Below, piece after piece: positions 1-8,279 of a stretch of 20,000 nt of DNA. The position numbers and the translations under genes were made by a program. How positions within the stretch are numbered: position 1 is the first letter of the stretch; each line of letters begins with the position of its first letter. The notes beneath the pieces were generated by a model that was given only the letters and a program-made list of their open reading frames with translations, did not search any database and had not been told where the DNA came from. Source of the stretch: an uncultured virus (IMG/VR IMGVR_UViG_3300009425_000016) (taxonomy: Duplodnaviria; Heunggongvirae; Uroviricota; Caudoviricetes); IMG/VR virus record IMGVR_UViG_3300009425_000016, positions 55,185-75,184 of that record; one strand, 5' to 3'.

Positions 1-2
1 AG

Positions 3-3000
3 TGCGGGTACTACATCCTCTACATTCATGCTCCAAAAATCAGGATAAACTGATTCAGGTATATTTTCCTTTTTGAGTGTATTTTTATTAATTGCCTGAA
101 CAGAACAAACTCTTGGTGCGGGAAGATTAGCACTACCTTGATTTTTCCAATTAGGAAGCCATAGATATCCATCCAATATAGCTTCAAAATGTCTCAATAA
201 ATCAACATTAATGTCTGCAGCATTTAAACCTGATCCTTCTAATATCATTTGTGCTGCCCATGTACTTTCTTCATCTGTCAAATCTCCCAATTCATCGTCA
301 TCATAATCCGGCTTATCTGGATCTTGGTCATCATCATCATCAATAACTAACTTGTGAAGAAGTTCTTCCCATAGTCTTGCTCCTTGTGGATCTGGTGCAC
401 CGGTTAATATTGGTTCACCGCCGCCAGCACCACCTCCATCAGTCACTACACCAAAAGCTGTAGATTGGGTAGTAGCCTCGCGTAAGCTTTGAGCATCCTC
501 GCTCCCAACATTATCAATCTTTGCTGTTCTTTCTATTTCCTTTGCCGCTTCTAGTTTTGTTGTTAGATTTGAAAGCTCTAACTCCAACTCTTGAATTTTA
601 TCTTCAAATCTACTGTGAGTAGATGCTATCTCCAAGTTCCTAAGTGCAATGGCTTCATCGAGTTTTACTTTTTCCTCTTCTAAAGTTTCTATTTTAGTTT
701 GTGAGGATTGTTTGTCCTCCTCAAAGCCATTTATCTCTACTTTCAGTTTTTCTATTTCCGCGTCATAATATTCTATTTGACCAGAATACTCTCCGGAACT
801 GCCATCTTCATTTCGGCCTTCGACCGCGGCTGTTGCTGTTTCTAATGTTTGTGAAGCTTTTGATTTTTGGGATTTTAAGCTTGCCCACTCTAGGGAAATA
901 TCTCGATAATGTTGATCGTCTCGATATAATTTTTCTTCAATCTTCGCTGGAGTCGATTCTTTAACACCATATTTGTAAGCGAGGACGTCTGCTTCACTAA
1001 ATGTCATTGAATTGCCTATTCTCGACATTTCTACGTCATAAGCTTGCTGAAATATTTCTTGCCGTTTGGATTCTTCGTAGTCGCGTACCTCTTTCTCTAT
1101 ATTAATTAAATCTGTTTCTAAACTAGTTAAATTTTCTTGTGCATTTACTTGTTTAGATTCTGATTCTTGCACAGACTTCATTTCAGCTGATAGCGTTTCT
1201 AAAGCCTTATCTTTCTCCTCTTCCCTTGTTGATATTTCTGCTTCTTTTTCTAAAATCCTAGTCTCAGTACGTTCTATGCTTGATTCTATCTCAGCAATTT
1301 GTTTGTCTTTTTGAACTTTGTCTGCTTCATGTTGTTGTAGTCTATCTGTAGGAGCTCCTATAGAGTGTTCAGGGACTTTTAACTGTCCTATTTGAGTTTT
1401 AATTTTCTCGATTTCCGCCTTAGTAGTACCAACCGCAGATGTTGCAGCAAGTACTGAATTTTCCATATTCTCCACTCTTTGAGCCGTTTCTTCCTGACTA
1501 AGTTTCCTATGATATGTTAATTCTTCCTCATATCCTCCTTGACCAATCTTATCATTATAATATTGATATAAAGCTACTTGTCTACCTTTCGCGCCTGAAT
1601 CATGTTTCCATCGTCTCATCGCCATAATTCGTTTCATTATATCTTCTTTTTGATCATCCTCACCAAACACCTTTGTACCGTTTTTTAATACATAAGAATT
1701 AAAAACTTTAAATGCATCACCTCCTCCTGGATCAGGTTTAGTGGGCTGTCCTTCTTCATCAATTACTCCAAGTCTATTATCAAGTTCGACTTCAACCAAA
1801 ATATCTCCAGGTCTAGTATTTGGAAATATAGTCTCATGTAAGACATCAATTGCTTGTTCATATCTCTCTGTTGTTCCTTGAGTAAAAAGATCTACACTAG
1901 CATCTGCTGCAGTAGCACTGACTCCTGGAGTAATATGATCATACCATTCCGTGTTTGATGTTTCATCAGTTCCACCACTCGTCGGAGCTTCAAATTTTGT
2001 TGCCGTTCCAGATTCAAGTATTTGCATTACTTCGCGAGTTCTTAAATTTTTAAAAAATACCTTATCCTCTTTATTAGAATTAATGTCAATTCCTCTTCTT
2101 CTAAATTTTTCTTTATTATCACTATTTGTTCCTATTTTAAATATATCTCGTTCTGCTTTTATGCTTGATTTTTTTCCGGGCTTGATTGGCCATTTTTCTA
2201 TTGGCGGATTTGTCATGCCAGGATTAGGTGCACATAAATTTGTAACAATAATCTTTTCTTCTCTTAAAGCGTCTAAATCATTTGTCAATTCTACAGCTAT
2301 ATCAAATGCATCTTTAATGGGTCTTATATCTGCAAAATAGTTATAAAGTTTAGCTAATTTTTCTACTATTTTAGCTGGATCTGATGTACCAAGAATTATT
2401 ACTAATGCTCCAGCTATTCCATCTTCTGATATTACTGGCCTGTTCACATCACCCTTATCATCAAAGGCTGCGTTCATTATTTCTATCATTTTACTTGGTT
2501 TGCAGATTTGCATTTCTCCCCCAAGAGCCCAAATAGAATCCGGATAAGTAATATCATGATACCCATCACCAGATTTCTCTAAAACTGGTTTTCCTTGAGC
2601 TGATCCAGATACTCCAGGTATTTCTCTATTATAAAAAACCTTTCCATTCCAAATTACATAATTTGTATGATTATTCACATACATTTCCCAAGATTTTTCA
2701 TGAGGAACACCTGGCCTGTATGGTTGATTTCCTTCTGCTGCCTTCATATCATCAATATCAACAATCGGGTAAGCTGTAAATTCAATTTTATTCGTAAAGG
2801 GATTAACGTATATTCCTGATATTGCTGCTTTTTTTATTCGAAGATTTGGTGTTCTAGATTTGACATTATAGATTGATAATTTTGGATTTTGACCATTGAT
2901 AAAAATAGTATATATTCCTGACCCCATAAAATCGTTAATTTGATTTTGAATCTTTGAGATCATTGCATCTAAAATTAAAAATAATGGATTTATCGACGCA

Positions 3001-3230
3001 AGAAGAAAAGCCTTATTTGCCTTCAACAATAACTGACCAGTTTCCATTGCTTTTTTATATGCTGATATCGCCTCTGTTACATTTTCTATCAGCTCTGGAA
3101 AAAGTTGATTAGTTTTAACACTTGCCGCTAACCAATTTCCCTCCTTAATAGCTTTTTCCCGCAGCGCTCTTTTCTCTTCTGAACCGCCCTCAACTAAACG
3201 ACTAACATTTCCACCTTTTCGAAAAGTCAT
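3..3230 (-). CDS. Large hypothetical protein (>1076 aa, 3' end outside the window), probably virion/baseplate-associated, with a long coiled-coil region
   Basis: Not in the ORF track. Manual translation from ATG at 3230 (AGGAG upstream) gives MTFRKGGNVSRLVEGGSEEKRALREKAIKEGNWLAASV...NPLFLILDAMISKIQNQINDFMGSGIYTIFI...AAFDDKGDVNRPVISEDGIAGALVIILG...; no stop was found through to position 3. Heptad-rich E/K/Q segment at about 520-1500. Same orientation as, and coupled to, the baseplate genes. Confidence 0.85.
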   Translation of the reverse strand, partial: MTFRKGGNVSRLVEGGSEEKRALREKAIKEGNWLAASVKTNQLFPELIENVTEAISAYKKAMETGQLLLKANKAFLLASINPLFLILDAMISKIQNQINDFMGSGIYTIFINGQNPKLSIYNVKSRTPNLRIKKAAISGIYVNPFTNKIEFTAYPIVDIDDMKAAEGNQPYRPGVPHEKSWEMYVNNHTNYVIWNGKVFYNREIPGVSGSAQGKPVLEKSGDGYHDITYPDSIWALGGEMQICKPSKMIEIMNAAFDDKGDVNRPVISEDGIAGALVIILGTSDPAKIVEKLAKLYNYFADIRPIKDAFDIAVELTNDLDALREEKIIVTNLCAPNPGMTNPPIEKWPIKPGKKSSIKAERDIFKIGTNSDNKEKFRRRGIDINSNKEDKVFFKNLRTREVMQILESGTATKFEAPTSGGTDETSNTEWYDHITPGVSATAADASVDLFTQGTTERYEQAIDVLHETIFPNTRPGDILVEVELDNRLGVIDEEGQPTKPDPGGGDAFKVFNSYVLKNGTKVFGEDDQKEDIMKRIMAMRRWKHDSGAKGRQVALYQYYNDKIGQGGYEEELTYHRKLSQEETAQRVENMENSVLAATSAVGTTKAEIEKIKTQIGQLKVPEHSIGAPTDRLQQHEADKVQKDKQIAEIESSIERTETRILEKEAEISTREEEKDKALETLSAEMKSVQESESKQVNAQENLTSLETDLINIEKEVRDYEESKRQEIFQQAYDVEMSRIGNSMTFSEADVLAYKYGVKESTPAKIEEKLYRDDQHYRDISLEWASLKSQKSKASQTLETATAAVEGRNEDGSSGEYSGQIEYYDAEIEKLKVEINGFEEDKQSSQTKIETLEEEKVKLDEAIALRNLEIASTHSRFEDKIQELELELSNLTTKLEAAKEIERTAKIDNVGSEDAQSLREATTQSTAFGVVTDGGGAGGGEPILTGAPDPQGARLWEELLHKLVIDDDDDQDPDKPDYDDDELGDLTDEESTWAAQMILEGSGLNAADINVDLLRHFEAILDGYLWLPNWKNQGSANLPAPRVCSVQAINKNTLKKENIPESVYPDFWSMNVEDVVPA

Positions 3231-3382
3231 TCATTCTCCTTCTTATTTTCTTTTAAAACATCCACTTCTTTTTTCAAACTAACAATAGTTCCTTTTATTA
3301 TATCAATCATAGATTCTATTTGATCAGCCATTGGATTTGGTGGCAGTTCTTCTTCTGTAGTTTTCCATTTATCAGTTTCCAT
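3227..3382 (-). CDS. Small hypothetical protein, 51 aa (METDKWKTTEEELPPNPMADQIESMIDIIKGTIVSLKKEVDVLKENKKENE), short coiled coil
   Basis: Manual translation. AAGGAAGGAG RBS 8 nt upstream of the ATG at 3382. Its TGA overlaps the next ATG (ATGA), and it fills the gap between two large genes exactly. Confidence 0.75.
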   Translation of the reverse strand: METDKWKTTEEELPPNPMADQIESMIDIIKGTIVSLKKEVDVLKENKKENE

Positions 3383-5936
3383 AATATTTACTCCTTCCTT
3401 TCAACATATCATATTCATTTCTTTTATCTCTAACTTCTTTATATTTAAACTGTAAAGAGTCTGCCTCTGCTACAACTTCATTAATTAACCCTATATCATC
3501 ACCTAAAGCAACATTTACCGCTTCATATATTGTTCTTCCATAAGGAACCAATGTCCCTGAAGCTTTAGCGGGGAGAGCTGAAACTCTTATACCAGGTTCA
3601 GTTCCATTAGATGATTGACCTCCACTATAAGTGGGATTTCCAATTCTAGCATTCAATTCTGTCAATCTTGTAGACATTTCAGAGTTACATGTATTTAAAT
3701 CATCTCGTAAGGCATTAGCATCTGTCATACTATATGCTCGACCATCATAATTTTGACCATGATAAGTATCCAAATCAGTAAATTCTTGTTTACAATTTCC
3801 TACAGCGGTATCAAATGTTTCCGCCGCCGTTTTCTTTGCTGCATCATATTCAGCTCCTGTTGAAACTTCTAAAAGAGGATCTCTATAAGATACTAATCCA
3901 TCTAATGTATTAATTTTTCCTTGTACATATGGATAATCATTAGACGCTCCACCCTCATCTCCATTTATTATATGTTGAATATCATTCTCCAAACAATCTA
4001 CTTCACTAATAGCATAAGTAATAGTGTGTCCATATGCGGGATTGCCAAAAGGTCCTCCGTGGCTACCTGAAAAAGAATGTGCTTCTATCAAGCTCGCTGA
4101 ATTTTTCCAATACGTGGTATCACTAGTATATGTTTCTGTTGAATTAGTATTAAGGCTTACACTATCTGCAGATCCCCAAGTGAATTCTGAAGAATATGTA
4201 CCCCAATTCCCCGCATATCCTGCATTAGTGGGCACGGTTCCTGCATTTGGGTGTTCTTTATTTTCCGCATGGCCGGAAGTAGAAGTTACTGTGTCTGTTG
4301 AATTAGAAGCACTGTTCAAACTCCCCGCCAAACTTGTCATTGCGGGTTGTAATTGTGGAGTGAATGTTGCTTGTGGTTCTGTTCCTCTAGCCGTTACAGT
4401 ATTTGGTAATGCAGTAACTGTTGGAGTATAATTATGAGCTCCCACAAATGGACTCACCAAATAAAAAAAATGAGCACTGAAATCTATCATATATCGATAA
4501 TCACCAATCAACGCTCCAGTAGTATCTTTTCTTTTTTCTTCATATTTTACAAACCTTCCTGCAAATATATCTTTCATTCCTAATCCAGTCGGCTGTAATC
4601 CCCCATCATCATAATTATCTCTGGCGCCTTGAACGGCAGGAAAAAGTGGATTTAATACGTTACCACCATAATTGCCCGTATCTTGTCCTACTTCTGAACT
4701 GGAGGAAACTAATTCTGTAGAAGCTGATTTAAATAAATCTAAAGAACTTGATTTCGCCGTTGGAGGATTAAATACACTAAGAGCGGTTTCAAATGCGGAT
4801 TTGTCCATAACTGTTAAATCTTCAAATGATTCATTAGTTCCACCATAATTTCCATCATCATCACCAACAGGTTTCCAGGATGAATCAGGAACCATTCCCT
4901 CAGGAACAATTTGAGCAATTGCGAACATTGTATTTTCTTCTCTTGTTGGCATAATTTGTTTTGATGTAATCTCTAAATTAGTATATACCTTATCAACATT
5001 ATCATTAAGTACTACCACATTTAAATCTGTATCAATTGCGAGTACAGTAAGATTAGATGTCCATGCCGTACTTGATAATTCTGATCCCATTACTAATTTC
5101 GATGCATCAGAAGTAGATATAGTATTTCCTGTAACATTTGTTACTAAATCTAATGTTGTATTAGCAGTTATAGTAAATTCTTCAAAATCATGAGTGAATC
5201 TTTTTAATCCAAAATAATCTCCAATTTTAGGTGGAGAAACATCAATTTCATTAGACCCTTGTTCTAAAGTATGAGATAAAGTAACAAACTGGTCTTGGGT
5301 GGAATTAAATTCAACATCACCAATATTAGCATATGCAAATTTTTCATTCCAGTTTCCCTCTTCCGCAGTAACACTATCCCCAAATGTAACGGTGTTTCCA
5401 AATGGCATATCAACTCCAGGATTGACATATGGTGTTGTATTAGCCATCAAATCTATTAATTTTCCCGTTTCTCTACTTCTAACAAAATAATAATCACCAA
5501 TATAATTACTATAAGTATTAGACGTTCCATCCGCCTCAGTTGATATCACAGTACTTCCAAGAGTATCACTTAAAGAAATTGTATAATTGAGATCTTTATC
5601 TCGAATCAAAACTCCAAATTTAGGTTTTCCTCCCGTTCCTGCAGTTAAAGAGGGATATGTAAAAGATGTTACTCCTGCATAATCACTTGGAGAACCTAAA
5701 TTAAATTTTAAAATATCACCAGAACTTGCTCCCAAACAATTTGCTCTTATTTGGGCATTTGCTAATGCTAATGCAGGAACATCTGCCGAAGCAGCCACAC
5801 CTGCACATAAATTAGCAAACGCATCTTCAAATAATTCCAATTCTCCGATAATTCCTAATCTCGCATCTATCAAACTTTGAGGAAGTTTTTCAATATCTTC
5901 TTTAGTTTCTAATATTTTTTCAACTTGAGATGTCAT
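3372..5936 (-). CDS. Hypothetical virion structural protein, 854 aa (helical termini, T/S/G/N-rich beta-like core)
   Basis: Long ORF in the baseplate operon with an ATGA overlap with the upstream gene. Composition is typical of virion proteins; no family recognised. Confidence 0.7.
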   Translation of the reverse strand: MTSQVEKILETKEDIEKLPQSLIDARLGIIGELELFEDAFANLCAGVAASADVPALALANAQIRANCLGASSGDILKFNLGSPSDYAGVTSFTYPSLTAGTGGKPKFGVLIRDKDLNYTISLSDTLGSTVISTEADGTSNTYSNYIGDYYFVRSRETGKLIDLMANTTPYVNPGVDMPFGNTVTFGDSVTAEEGNWNEKFAYANIGDVEFNSTQDQFVTLSHTLEQGSNEIDVSPPKIGDYFGLKRFTHDFEEFTITANTTLDLVTNVTGNTISTSDASKLVMGSELSSTAWTSNLTVLAIDTDLNVVVLNDNVDKVYTNLEITSKQIMPTREENTMFAIAQIVPEGMVPDSSWKPVGDDDGNYGGTNESFEDLTVMDKSAFETALSVFNPPTAKSSSLDLFKSASTELVSSSSEVGQDTGNYGGNVLNPLFPAVQGARDNYDDGGLQPTGLGMKDIFAGRFVKYEEKRKDTTGALIGDYRYMIDFSAHFFYLVSPFVGAHNYTPTVTALPNTVTARGTEPQATFTPQLQPAMTSLAGSLNSASNSTDTVTSTSGHAENKEHPNAGTVPTNAGYAGNWGTYSSEFTWGSADSVSLNTNSTETYTSDTTYWKNSASLIEAHSFSGSHGGPFGNPAYGHTITYAISEVDCLENDIQHIINGDEGGASNDYPYVQGKINTLDGLVSYRDPLLEVSTGAEYDAAKKTAAETFDTAVGNCKQEFTDLDTYHGQNYDGRAYSMTDANALRDDLNTCNSEMSTRLTELNARIGNPTYSGGQSSNGTEPGIRVSALPAKASGTLVPYGRTIYEAVNVALGDDIGLINEVVAEADSLQFKYKEVRDKRNEYDMLKGRSKYYGN

Positions 5937-6415
5937 GCTGGTGGTCCTGTTACTACTACTGGTGGTGAACCAGGAATCATTGCTGTTATTACTATTTGTG
6001 TTGTATAATTATTTATCGCATCTGCAATATCTGAGCCAAATTGTGCTCCAGATGCTGGCTGTTTTGAAAAAATTTTACCCATTTTTGTTAAAAACATTGG
6101 AAGACCCGCTGTCGTTACTATAGAAATTTGGTTTGAACATTGTAATGTCATAAAAGCTCCATCAATTTTCTTTGCAACCTTTTGCCCTATTAGTGCTGGT
6201 ATTGGTGATTGCTTTTGCATAATTTTCCCTATTTCTAAATTTAATGTTTGTAATTTCGGCATAGCTGCGAAATTTCCCCCAGCCGGATCCATTGCATTAG
6301 AAATATACTGTTCTACTCCATCCTTAATTATCTTTCCTACATCTAATCCTGTAGTATTAGCTTTTGCGAATCCAGATTGTAATCCTGCTTTTATTTGTGG
6401 CATTCCTAAAGGCAT
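5933..6415 (-). CDS. Hypothetical 160-aa protein with three 50-aa internal repeats; candidate spike-tip/adaptor protein
   Basis: Immediately after gp5, with an AAGGA RBS. Repeats start at residues 4, 54 and 104. No PAAR motifs. The ORF is well supported; the function is inferred. Confidence 0.65.
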   Translation of the reverse strand: MPLGMPQIKAGLQSGFAKANTTGLDVGKIIKDGVEQYISNAMDPAGGNFAAMPKLQTLNLEIGKIMQKQSPIPALIGQKVAKKIDGAFMTLQCSNQISIVTTAGLPMFLTKMGKIFSKQPASGAQFGSDIADAINNYTTQIVITAMIPGSPPVVVTGPPA

Positions 6416-6422
6416 ATTGTCC

Positions 6423-8273
6423 TTACATTATACATTGCATAATTTTTGTTTTAACTAAATTTAGTGCCGCAGTATTTAATGGCATTCCACTATTTCCTGA
6501 ACCAGTGGGTACTGTTATCTTTGTAATTTCATCTATTAAATCATCAAAACATGATTTTAAAGACTTTCCTGCGCCACTAATAGATAACGGTGCACCAGAT
6601 TTTAAACTATACGTTCCAAACGTTCCTGAAAATGCGACGGGTGATTGCATCACTATTCCAGCTGGAGAAATTACAATTTTTCCAAGAGTTCCAGTATTAC
6701 CTAAAAATAAATTAATATAACCTGTAGCACCAACCGCACTTTCTGCCGCATTGATCTCTATGGGTGCTAATCCTGTATGTAATTTAATTCCAGATCCCGC
6801 AAGAAATGGTGTTCCTATTGTACTAATATCGACAGTTCCTATAGATGTGGTAATATTGATATCACCAGATCCAGATAATCCAACAGTACCTTCTGATCTC
6901 ATCTTAATTTGTGAAGCATCTGCAAATAGGGGGCCTTCTGCATCAAGCCGCATTGATCCTGTTGTATTTAATTCTAAAGTACCACCACCAGAAATAGTAG
7001 ATCCTTTTTTTGTACCCACCATAAAACTAGTTGTATTCGATTCATATCTATCAGAAGTAATATAATAATTTCCACCATCAACATTTGCATAATATGATCC
7101 ACCCGCACCAATTTTTAAAGAAAAATTTCCTTGTGTAGATTGTTGATCTCTATTAACAAATAACTGAAAACTCTTATCAATTGTTTCAATCTTATGTCCT
7201 TCAATATGTTCATATGAATTTGAATGGACTATATTATACGCCTCATTTACTGATTTTGTTACTACAGTTCCGTCAGGATGATATTCTAAAAATGATCCTG
7301 ACCTATGATATAAATGTACTCTTTCAGCATCAGGAGTATCATCAAATTCAAAAACATGTCCACTTTCCGTTTGTTGTACATGATTATATGGATATACTGC
7401 ATTATATGGTGGTAGAGGTTCAGAAAATCTATTTATTATTGGTTTAAGTAATGCTTCTTTAAATTTATCAGAACTGAGCTGAAGTGGAGTAAGAAAGGGC
7501 AGGTCCATATTCTTTCTTATATTTACTATTGAACCAAAATCCCCACCAGTGCCCACATTTACTTGGCCGGCATTACGTGAATTTTTCTTTCTTTTTAAAA
7601 TAGAATACTGACTTTCTGTTCTTTTTCCATCTTCAGAAGTTCTTAATTTTGATGTTGGATCACTATATCCTCTTGCTAATCTATTTGTGGTTGGTTCATT
7701 CAAATAATGATAAGAAGGAAAAGGAGAAAGTTGTTCTTGTTCAGTAATTATTACACCATCACCCGCACCAGAATATTCTAATATTTCCGGTTCTCGAGGA
7801 ACTTTATCTGATTGTCTTGTATCAGCACCAAGTAATAAAGATCTAACTCTTTTTTTAGCGGCTTCTAAACTAAATGGGTGTGTATCAGATGCAATTGCAT
7901 TGTCATACATCCTAGCATCATAAAAACCAATTTGAGCCGTATAAATTTCTCTCACATCTTGTTCAGGAACTCCATGTAATGTGCCCATCATTACTGGTTC
8001 TTGTGCATCTCTTCCATCACGAAAAAATCCCATCACCCAAGTTCCCTCTACAGGCCCAAGTGGGGTTTGTCCAACTCCCGTCTGAGAAGCGGATGTTATT
8101 GGCATCAATGGAAAAGCCCACGGCAAATCTATAGGAGGCATTAATTTTTTATCATCAGTATGCCAACCCAAACAACGAACTTTACATCTACCTAAGTACA
8201 TTGGATCATGTCTATCTTCAACAACACCAACCCACCAAATAAATTCCATTCCCATAGAATCAGAAGTTAACAT
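6423..8273 (-). CDS. gp5: Baseplate central spike, T4 gp5-like (OB fold plus C-terminal beta-helix, no recognisable lysozyme domain)
   Basis: N-terminal FIWWVGVVEDRHDPMYLGRCKVRCLGWHT...LPWA...GTWVMGFFRDG (gp5 OB fold); YPYNHVQQTESGHVFEFDDTPDAERVHLYHRSGSFLEYHPDG motif; G/S/I/T-rich beta repeats. Confidence 0.95.
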   Translation of the reverse strand: MLTSDSMGMEFIWWVGVVEDRHDPMYLGRCKVRCLGWHTDDKKLMPPIDLPWAFPLMPITSASQTGVGQTPLGPVEGTWVMGFFRDGRDAQEPVMMGTLHGVPEQDVREIYTAQIGFYDARMYDNAIASDTHPFSLEAAKKRVRSLLLGADTRQSDKVPREPEILEYSGAGDGVIITEQEQLSPFPSYHYLNEPTTNRLARGYSDPTSKLRTSEDGKRTESQYSILKRKKNSRNAGQVNVGTGGDFGSIVNIRKNMDLPFLTPLQLSSDKFKEALLKPIINRFSEPLPPYNAVYPYNHVQQTESGHVFEFDDTPDAERVHLYHRSGSFLEYHPDGTVVTKSVNEAYNIVHSNSYEHIEGHKIETIDKSFQLFVNRDQQSTQGNFSLKIGAGGSYYANVDGGNYYITSDRYESNTTSFMVGTKKGSTISGGGTLELNTTGSMRLDAEGPLFADASQIKMRSEGTVGLSGSGDINITTSIGTVDISTIGTPFLAGSGIKLHTGLAPIEINAAESAVGATGYINLFLGNTGTLGKIVISPAGIVMQSPVAFSGTFGTYSLKSGAPLSISGAGKSLKSCFDDLIDEITKITVPTGSGNSGMPLNTAALNLVKTKIMQCIM

Positions 8274-8279
8274 AATATC

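Noticed and set aside
701..2340. Plus-strand ORFs 701-964 and 1951-2340
   Set aside because: Antisense shadows of the long minus-strand ORF 3-3230; no RBS and no protein-like signature.
4024..7447. Plus-strand ORFs at 4024, 5299, 5935, 6364, 6751 and 7181
   Set aside because: All lie antisense to well-supported structural genes.
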